Shown: positions 55,492-64,000 of the stretch, one piece after another
Layout of the letters: each line of letters starts with the position of its first letter
Position numbering within the stretch: position 1 is the stretch's first letter
Assembly (NCBI RefSeq): GCF_032191835.1
Contig: NC_083229.1
Location: 106,020,001-106,084,000, forward strand
DNA length: 64,000 bases
Source: Heteronotia binoei
Lineage: Eukaryota
Direction: 5' to 3'
The notes under the pieces: model-generated
Seen by the model: the letters and a program-made list of their open reading frames with translations, nothing else
The model's database searches: none
Told to the model about the DNA's origin: nothing
Translations under genes and position numbers: made by a program

Positions 55492-55928
55492 CAGGCCTCG
55501 TTTTGGGCAGGAGCTTATAGGAGCGGAGTTCCGGAACCTAAATTTTATTGTGCTCTGTCTTTCTTACCCCCCACCCCAAATACTTGCTTCTGGGCTCCAT
55601 TGTTCAAACCCCATGAGAGAATTTTGCTGACAAACTTTCTAATATTTTTCCCTACAAAAAAGGGGAGAAATAACCAAAACATATAAAGCAGACAGATGGA
55701 AATCTTCATCATGCCACTGTGACAACGTAAGAGAAAGTAATTAAAAAAGTATGATGGGAGTAAGTTTTTATTATGACAGTTCTAATTCAAGAAGCATTTT
55801 AAAATAGATGCTGAACTGATATAATTTAGTACACCTTCCAGTGATGTCAAGGGTGTGTGACATATAAGTTATGCAAATAAATTGTGCTAATGAGCTCTGG
55901 TACCCCATTTTCTATGAAATGACTCCTG
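55492..55928. mobile_element. Non-autonomous hAT element
   Basis: Perfect 8-bp TSD GAAAGGAG at 55484-55491 and 55929-55936; ends CAGGCCTCGTTTT / AAATGACTCCTG. Confidence 0.8.
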
Positions 55929-57026
55929 GAAAGGAGACATATTGTCCATTGCTTAATATTCCCAAGAGAAAATGTAAAGTAACAGCCAAATTTGAAAAAA
56001 AAGTCATATGTATTTTTCACTTTAGCATTAAAACTGTGTACATCTTGTAAGCATGTATACAGATACTGAGATAAAACCAATGGGAAACTTAGAACAATGG
56101 CAAAAAAACAAAAACAAAAAACATGATCACAGAAGTTGAAGAAGGCAAACTTTCCTATTTGGGGCTGAGATGATTTTGTTTTTTTGAGAATCTCACTTTA
56201 TTATTCTAATGTTTTTAAAAAAATCAGTGCTATAATTCAGAACACAACGCATAAGGTTCCCAGGTGACATAGACTAATGAGAACCGCTTAAGTTTTTAAT
56301 AGCCTCTCATTGATTTCATTTCAGAACAATGCATAATAATAGGGAAATATAAACAGATGAGTTAAATATAATGAAATAAAGATAATTAATAGTGGCACGT
56401 ATTTTTTCCCTACATGGGGGAAAAAAGTACATTGGCTGTTGCTGGAAGATTCAACATCCATATTCATTGACAGTAAATGAAACAATATCAGTAAAATACT
56501 TATATAATAGCCAGAACTATTATTCATCTTGATAACTGTCAAAACCAGTCATCTTACATGTTATGTCAGTGTAGATGAAAAGGAAGAGGAGGAGCAAGAC
56601 TGAGCACACTGGCTCATCTTTCCCATATTAGCCTGAATTTTGATACAGGTATGTGTGTAATTTCCATTCTCAATCACTAAGTTTACACAGCTTGTGCAGT
56701 GCATAGGCACTGTGCCCACATATGGCAAATCTGTGTACAAGACACCTGACCATGAACGAGTGATGGGGCTAACAACACACTCCTGCTTCTCTTCTGTATG
56801 TTTTGGCTCTTTTCCCTGAGGAGTACACAATTGTTGGGTTTTTTGGTTTCAAAATTGTTTCCCCTAATCATATTACTTGCGCTCTGCTTTTGGGAGGGCT
56901 GCTTGTTGTTGTTTAGTCGCACAGTTGAGACCCCATGGACCACATCACGCCAGGCCCTTCTATCTTCCACTGTCCTCCTAAGTTTGCTCAAATTCATGTT
57001 CATTGCATCAATAACACTGTCCAACC

Positions 57027-57175
57027 ATAGAACAAAGCAGTAGATAAGTTTCACCTTTAAGACCAACTAAGTTTTATTCAGAATGTAAGCTTTTGTATGC
57101 ATAACTTAGTTGGTCTTAAAGGTGCAACTTGTCTACTGCTTTGTTCTATTCCTTCAGACCAACATGGCTGCTCAC
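57027..57175. mobile_element. Penelope-derived short inverted element
   Basis: ATAGAACAAAGCAGTAGATAAG..CACCTTTAAGACCAACTAAG and its inverse TTAGTTGGTCTTAAAGGTG..CTACTGCTTTGTTCTAT; related to 61150-61280 and 34578-34620. Confidence 0.6.
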
Positions 57176-57257
57176 TTGGAACTGTCTAACCATCTCATCC
57201 TTTGCTGCCCACTCTTCTTCTTTTACCTTCAGTCTTTCACAGCATCAGGGCCTTCTC

Positions 57258-57755
57258 TAGGGTTGCCAATCCCCAGGTGGGGGCAGGGGATCCCCCGGTT
57301 TGGAGGTCCTCCCCCCGCTTCAGGGTCGTCAGAAAGCGGGGGGAGGGGAGGGAAATGTCTCTATTATTCCCTATGGAGATTTATTCCCATAGAAAATCAT
57401 GGCAAATTGATCCACGGGTATCTGGGGCTCTGGGGGAGCTGTTTTTTGGGGTAGAGGCACCAAATTTTCCGCATAGCATCTAGTGCCTCTCCCCAAAATA
57501 CCCCCCAAGTTTCAAAAAGATTGGACCAGGGGGTCCAATTCTATGAGTCCCCCCAAAAGATGCCCCTATTCTTCATTATTTCCTATGGAAGGAAGGCATT
57601 GAAAAGGTGTGCCATCCCTTGAAATGTGATGGCCAGAACTCCCTTTGGAGTTCAATTATGCTTGTCACAGCCTTGATCTTGGCTCCATCCCTAATATCTC
57701 CTGTCTTCACCCCCAAAGTCCCCAGATATTTCTTGAATTGGATTTGGCAACCCTA
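57258..57755. mobile_element. TAGGGTTGCCA hAT MITE inserted in BovB
   Basis: TIRs TAGGGTTGCCAAT / TTGGCAACCCTA; 8-bp TSD GCCTTCTC / GTCTTCTC. Confidence 0.87.
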
Positions 57756-57989
57756 GTCTTCTCCAGTGAGCGCTCCCTTCTCATTTTGTAGCCAAAGTAT
57801 TTGAGCTTCAGCTTCAGTATCTGATCTTCCAGGAAACAGTCAGGGTTGATTTCCTTTAGGATTGACTGATTTTTTTTTTCAAGTTTCAAAACTTTTAATG
57901 GCATAACAGACTGATTTGATCTCCTTGCCATCTGAGGGACTCTCAAGAGTCTTCTCCAGCTTATATTCTATGTAAAACCAGGTGGGCCA

Positions 57990-60900
57990 GGTGAATTTAT
58001 TTATTTATTTATTAATTTATATCCCGCCCTTCCCAACAAGTGGCTCAGGGCGGCTCACAGCATAAAATTCCACATAATGACATTTAAACATAGAACAGTT
58101 AAAATTAATTAATACATTTAAGTTATAAAATATTTAAAATTACGAAACATTTAAACCATTTAAAACATTAGGGACAGCAACCTCTAATATAACTACACCT
58201 GGATTTCTTGTACCAGCTAGTCATAGGCCAGCCGGAAGAGGGTTGTCTTACAGGCCCTGCGGAACTGGGCAAGGTCCCGCAGGGCCCTCACCTCCTCCGG
58301 CAACTGGTTCCACCAGGATGGGGCCGCCACAGAAAAGGCCCGGTCCCTGGTGGATTTTAAGTGGGCTTCTTTTGGCCTGGGGATAACTAGGAGATTTCGA
58401 GTTCCCGATCTCAGTACACTCTGGGGCAAATGTGGGGAGAGACGGTCCTTCAGGTAGGCAGGTCCTAGGCCATACAGGGCTTTAAAGGTAATAACCAGCA
58501 CCTTGTACCGGACTCGGTAAGCTATTGGCAGCCAGTGCAGATCCCGGAGCCCTGGCCGGATGTGCTCCCTTCTTGGGAGTCCTAACAACAGCCGGGCCGC
58601 AGCATTCTGCACTAGCTGTAGCTTTCGGGTTCGGCACAAAGGCAGCCCCATGTAGAGAGCGTTGCAGTAGTCCAACCTCGAGGTGACCGTGGCATGGATC
58701 ACTGTTGCTAGATCGTCGCGCTCCAGGAAGGGGGCCAACTGCCTTGCCCGCCTAAAAAAAAAAGCGGACTTGGCAGTGGCTGCTATCTGAGCCTCCATCG
58801 TTAAGGAGGAGTCCAATAGTACCCCCAAGCTTTTGACCCTGTCCGCCGCCGTCAGCGGCGCACCCTCAAAAACTGGAAGGGGGATTTCCCTCCCCGGACC
58901 CCGACGACCCAAGCAAAGGACCTCTGTCTTCGCTGGATTTAACTTCAGCCCGCTCAGTCTGAGCCATCCAGCCACTTCCTGTAGTGCCCGGTCTAGATTT
59001 TCTGGGGCGGAGACCGGTTGGCCGTCCATAAGTAGATAGAGCTGGGTGTCATCAGCGTACTGGTGACAACCCAGCCCATACCTTCGGGCAATCTGGGCAA
59101 GGGGACGCATATAGATGTTGAATAACATCGGGGAGAGAACCGCCCCCTGAGGCACTCTGCAATCAAGCGTGCGCCTCCGGGATAGTTCACCCCCAATCGC
59201 GACCCTTTGTCCCCGACCTTCGAGGAAAGAGGAAAGCCACTGTAAAGCTAGCCCCTGAATCCCCACGTCAGCGAGGCGGCGGGTCAGTAACTGATGGTCG
59301 ACTGTGTCAAACGCAGCCGACAGATCCAACAACATCAGCACCGCCGAGCCGCCCTGATCCAGATGCCGTTGCAGGTAATCCACCAGGGCGACCAACACCG
59401 TCTCCGTCCCATGACCCGGGTGGAAGCCGGACTGGAGTGGGTCAAGGACGGAAGCATCCTCCAGGAAAGTCTGTAACTGCATCGCCACTGCCCTCTCAAT
59501 AAGCTTGCCCAAAAAGGGGAAGTTTGAGACCGGCCGATAATGTGCCAATTGGGCCGGGTCTAAGGTTGATTTTTTCAAGAGGGGGCGGACCACTGCCTCT
59601 TTGAGCGGCGTTGGAAAATGCCCTTCCATCAGGGATCTATTTATGATATCCCGCACAGGATATCTAAGCTCCCTCTGGCAAGATTTAATAAGCCAGGAGG
59701 GGCAAGGGTCCAAATTGCAGGTTGTTGGGCGTGCAGATAAGAGAATCCTGTCAACTTCCTCCAGGCTGAGAGGACCAAAGCCGTCCAGAACACAATCTGA
59801 AGACAGGCCCGGAGCCTTGGTTTCACTAACTGCCTCAAATATGGCGGAAGGGTCGGGGCGGAGTGACGCAATCTTGTCCACAAAAAATTTCGCAAAAGCC
59901 TCACAGCCAATCTCCAATTCAATAGAATTTGGTCTGCCTTGTGGCAATGTCGTAAGATTCCGGATTATGTCGAACAATTGTGCCGGGCGCGAAGTTGCGG
60001 ACGCAATCTTAGTCGCAAAGTATGTTTTCTTTGCGGCTTTGACTGCCATCTCATAGGATTTCAAACTCTCTCTATAGGATGTTCGAGTCACTTCGTCTCG
60101 AGTACGCCGCCATTGTGTCTCTAGTCGTCTGAGTCCCTGTTTTTGTTGCCGCAACTCCTGGTTAAACCAAGGTGACGGCTTCAAACAGGGGCTCAGAGGG
60201 CGCCTAGGTGCGACCTCCTCAATGGCCCTAGAGAGTTCATCGTTCCAGGACTCTACCAGGCCATCCAGGGAGTCGCCAGTGGGCCAAGAATCCCGTAGAG
60301 CTGTTAGGAACCGTTCCGGGTCCATCAAGCTCCGCGGGCGAGCTAAAATATGCTCTCCGCCTAAACAGGCTTGGGGTGACACTTCTACACGAGCCTTGAG
60401 GGCATAGTGATCCGACCATGTCTAACATGTGTCCCGCCTGATGAGTGGGTGTTGTAACAACCTGGGAGAGTCCCAGTGTCGCCATGGATGACACTAGGTC
60501 CAATGCCTGAGTGGAAGCCGCGTCGTCGGCATGGATGTTGAAGTCACCCAAGACCTAGGGCCTAGGGTACTCCAACGCCCAGCCCGCCACAGCCTCCATC
60601 AGGGATGGTAAGGCGCTAGCTGGTGCGTTAGGCGATCGGTACACCAGCCAGATCGCCAACCCCTCCCCAACATCCCACATCAGGCCGGCACATTCCACGC
60701 CTGGAATCTCTGGGGACAGGAGAGCCCTGAAGGAGTAAGCCTCTCGTATAAACAGCGCCACTCCTCCCCTCCGCCCGCTAGTCCGGGACTGGTGGAAGAC
60801 CGAGTATCCTGGGGGGGTCATTTGGGAGAGAGCCACAGTCTCCCCATCCCGCACCCAGGTCTCGGTCACGCAAGCCAGGTCCACATCCTGCTCCAGCAGG

Positions 60901-61110
60901 AAATCCCGAAGGATCATGGTCTTATTATTAATGGACCTGGCATTACATAACACCAGTGTCGGAGGCGAGTATATTTGTCTGGCCACACTACCTGTCACCA
61001 TCGGGATGGGACACAGGCTGGAAGGTGGCCGAGCACCACTACGTCTCAGTCCCCTTCGCCTATAAATCTGCCTGTTCCCACCGTCATACCTTCCCCTCCC
61101 CAGGAGTACC
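57990..61110 (-). mobile_element. L2 LINE, 5'-truncated, with 721-aa uninterrupted ORF2 segment (58217-60382)
   Basis: APE motifs in 60555-61001; RT LDLSAAFDTVDH, PQGAVLSPMLFNIY, QYADDTQLY; 3' tail with (TTTA)n; disruption near 60410-60560. Confidence 0.95.
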
Positions 61111-61144
61111 GGAATGTTATAAATGGTACTGTTACTGTGGTGGA

Positions 61145-61285
61145 TGGATCCAGGTGGGCAGCCATATTGGTCTGAAGCAATAGAACAAATTTGGAGACCA
61201 GAAGCACCATTAAGACCAACAAAGTTTTATTCAGAATGTATGCACACATCATTTCATACGCATGCACACTTCATCAGATGGTGTA
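61145..61285 (-). mobile_element. Penelope-derived terminal repeat fragment
   Basis: CAGCCATATTGGTCTGAAGCAATAGAACAAA..TAAGACCAACAAAGTTTTATTC..GCACACTTCATCAGA; the minus strand carries CTGATGAAG...GAAA. Confidence 0.6.
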
Positions 61286-61629
61286 ATGGGGTACAGTGAG
61301 TAGTGCTACATATAGGTGGTGGGCACTGGTTAAGCATGTGGTGGATGGAGATAGGCAAACATTTGTTGTACCCAAAGGGAGAAAACAAAGACAAAAAGTG
61401 CATGACTCTTGCCCCAATACATTATGCAGTATCTTCCATCTCTTTTCAATAATGTGTTGCTGGAACACAAAGAAACTGCAACATCTCTGTGGGCATGGCC
61501 TCTGTCTAGTTTTTTTTTTTTTAAAGTCATACTTCAGTTAGGACATAATGTGTAACTGGCCCTAGCAGGGGCAGCAAAAGGAGGAAAATTTCACACACAG
61601 GTATCTTAGGGTAGGTAGATGGATTGATG

Positions 61630-61810
61630 TGGTTTGCCAACCTCCAGGTGAGGCCTGGCGTTCTCCTGAAATTACAATTGATCTCCAGACTACAAGCATC
61701 AGTTTCTCTGGACTATGTGGCATGACATCTCTGCTAAGCTCTTTCCCCTCCCTAAATTCCCATGATCCTCAGCCACTGCTCTCAAATTTCCAGTTGGCAA
61801 CTCTAGATTA
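61630..61810. mobile_element. TAGGGTTGCCA-family MITE, degenerate
   Basis: GGTTTGCCAACCTCCAGGTGAGGCCTGG..GATCTCCAGACTACA..TTGGCAACTCTA. Confidence 0.6.
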
Positions 61811-62689
61811 TTCTGCAGGTTGCTTCTTTAGCAGATAACCATTCTTTGCATGCCTAACAGCAATTTCTTTATGATTTATATATTATTTGTGCCTGCTGTG
61901 CCAGACCTCTTGCTTTCTCGGGTTGCCAAATGCAGGATCCTGTGCTCATTCTGCCTATGGCCTGACTTCTTGGTCTGCATGCCCAAACATCGTCTATAAA
62001 ATGGGGCAATTTCTGGCATCTGCCTGGGATACAGCAGAGGAGAATTCATTTGGGACAGAGAACTGTATCCCAGTTGAATGGCGAAAAGGGTACAGTAAGA
62101 AGCATGTTCCCCCTTGAAAATATCAAGAGGAAAAATAAATAGGAAAAAATGAAATAGTTTCAATAACAAGTATGATTAAACAAAAGCCAGATTTTTAAAA
62201 TATAAACCCAAAGTGATTAACGTGCATTCCTGTTTCCTGCCCTAGTGAACCTAGGCATTGAGAATCAAGCCCATGAAATCTCTCTCTCAAGCCCACATCT
62301 CAGGAGCTTGTATCACCTGGAAATACTTGGCTGTAGTGCGCACTTGTTTAATTAACATCTGGCACTTCAAAACTGAGAGATGCAGTGACAAGAACCCTCT
62401 GTTAAATCCAGAGCCAAGAATAAGAAGATTTAGATGCCAAAAACTAAAGAGATCCTTGCCCACAGTGGTCAGCTTTAACTCTGCATTGCAAAAGGAGAAA
62501 AAACCGCAATTAGAGAAATCTCTACACATTTCAGATAGGATGTCTTAACAAGCATAAGGAATATGCTGATGTATGGATATGCTACCAATTTGGCAAAAAA
62601 AATTATTTAATGTTATCAGAAAGTTGGAAAGAGATTGGTGCTTGGGATTTTATTTATTCACTGTTTATATATTTATTATAGCCTACTTT

Positions 62690-62880
62690 TCTCCCCCCAA
62701 AAGACCCAACATTGTTTAACCTCATAACAACCATCTGTGAGACAGGATACGCTGAGGGGGAGGGAGTGGTCCAAGGTCATCCAGCAAGCTTCCATGGGAG
62801 AAGTGGTAATTTGAACATTGGTCTCCCGATCCCATTCTAACACTACACCAGTGGCCATTTTATACAAGTGGCTCTGGATT
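62690..62880 (-). mobile_element. Old CORE/MIR-like SINE
   Basis: CCTCATAACAACCATCTGTGAG..CCCAAGGTCATCCAGCAAGCTTCCATGG..TTTGAAC..CTAACACTACACCA. Confidence 0.55.
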
Positions 62881-64000
62881 AGTAGTTGCTTAGCAGAAAA
62901 CAAAATCCAGGTGTTGAATGGATGCCATCTCTTCATGCAAATTCCACAGTTCTGATTGACCACCATTAGATGATGGCATCAATTTTGGTTATTTTCTGGA
63001 ACAAAACTAGATCCAGAAAAGCAAGATTAAAAAGGTAGACCTCTGCAAATCAGTACTGGCCTCACCTGGCAAACCAGAGGCAACTGATTTCAGTTTTAAA
63101 TGAAATGCATCTTAAAGGGAAAAATTAGTTCCATGCAGGATTATTTTAAGTCTCTCTGCGTTCCCACCCCATAATTTAATTAGACTCTGAGACAGAAGAG
63201 TCATTATATGCTACACAGTATGTGTCGCTGTAGCTAGTTTACTTTAATGATAAGCATTTTGTGCTGGGTATAATTAATTGGTATGAGAAAGGAAATGTCT
63301 ATACGGAACAACTCAAATGCAACTATGCTGTTTTCCCCTCCCCCCTTTATTTCTGTTATTGGCTTTAGGTTTTCTAAGATACAATATAGTATAATTTACA
63401 GCAGTACAGAGGAAAACATCAGTAATATTCTTTCTTTGTTAGGGCAAGAGTTATGAAACCTTTAGGAAAAAATGAAGCTTTAAAAAAAAGCCAAGGTTGA
63501 ACGTATTCTTAGTGGAGTTGCCTGATAAATAAGTAAGTGTGTGATAGGTAGCTGTAACAACAGTAATGGGTCACACTAGAATAGTAAAAGGAAGAATGGA
63601 CCAATCCACCACTTGCTCACATCACCTCCTCCTGACCTCTGCTGATTAGGAGGTGACAAACCAGCCCTCTGGCTTATGTCTTAGAGATGGCATTCAGAAA
63701 CATGGAGCTGCAGAGTGTCAAATAAAAATGTTTTTTGTTCCTTATGAGCTTCCCTTGAGAGGCTGCTGCTTTATAAACCCTAATTTGTCCCAACAACAGC
63801 ACTGTATATACTTGCGATCCTCCCCGCCCCCCCACACTATGCTAGGAGAGAGAAAGAGAACGTGAACCATGAGGGTTCTGGTTCAAATCTCATATCAGCA
63901 AAAACATAGCTGTAGGCAGCCATTTTCTTTCAAACTGCAATCTCTAATACAGGGGCAACAAAACAGGGTTAACTCTGTAGCCAAATATCATATGAGGGAA

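Larger units (their letters stand above)
56895..57960 (-). mobile_element. BovB 3' end, fragmented by two insertions
   Basis: MNMNLSKLRRTVEDRRAWRDVVHGV; NQSILKEINPDCFLEDQILKLKLKYFG...RSLEK. Confidence 0.85.

Noticed and set aside
56321-56542. Signal-peptide-like MNNSSGYYISILLILFHLLS
   Set aside because: AT-rich sequence yields hydrophobic peptides by chance; no plausible next exon.
61278-61295. 18-nt exon-like segment before gtgagt
   Set aside because: Its acceptor lies within the Penelope-derived repeat.
61330-61530. Kinase-like HAHRD...LLKRDG motif
   Set aside because: Lacks the HRDxKxxN spacing and DFG, and no other kinase subdomains occur nearby.
1-64000. CRISPR arrays, operons or prokaryotic defence systems
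   Set aside because: The sequence is a vertebrate repeat landscape; no regularly spaced repeat-spacer array is present.

Overview
Eukaryotic DNA from a squamate reptile, most likely a gecko, judged from the repeat families present (Squam2/Squam3-like tRNA SINEs, 5S-derived SINEs, BovB, recently active L2, CR1, Vingi, RTEX-like, Penelope, DIRS, many hAT MITEs). The window is a densely nested transposable-element landscape with three N gaps. I could not identify any host protein-coding gene. A few splice-bounded open segments are listed as low-confidence candidate exons only. All long recognisable ORFs are TE-derived; the longest is a 721-aa L2 ORF2 segment at 58217-60382. The most notable structures are: (i) degenerate hammerhead-ribozyme motifs in Penelope terminal-repeat remnants, one lying directly 3' of a Penelope RT/GIY-YIG ORF; (ii) an internally deleted DIRS element that keeps its inverted terminal repeats and internal complementary region; (iii) a 34-nt 5' U2 snRNA retrocopy between imperfect direct repeats; (iv) hAT insertions with readable 8-bp TSDs whose removal restores interrupted Vingi and DIRS reading frames; (v) long hairpin MITEs and an octamer-carrying MITE family. 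I found no convincing novel biological system. Family names rest on recalled consensus motifs, not database searches, and boundaries without a TSD are approximate.
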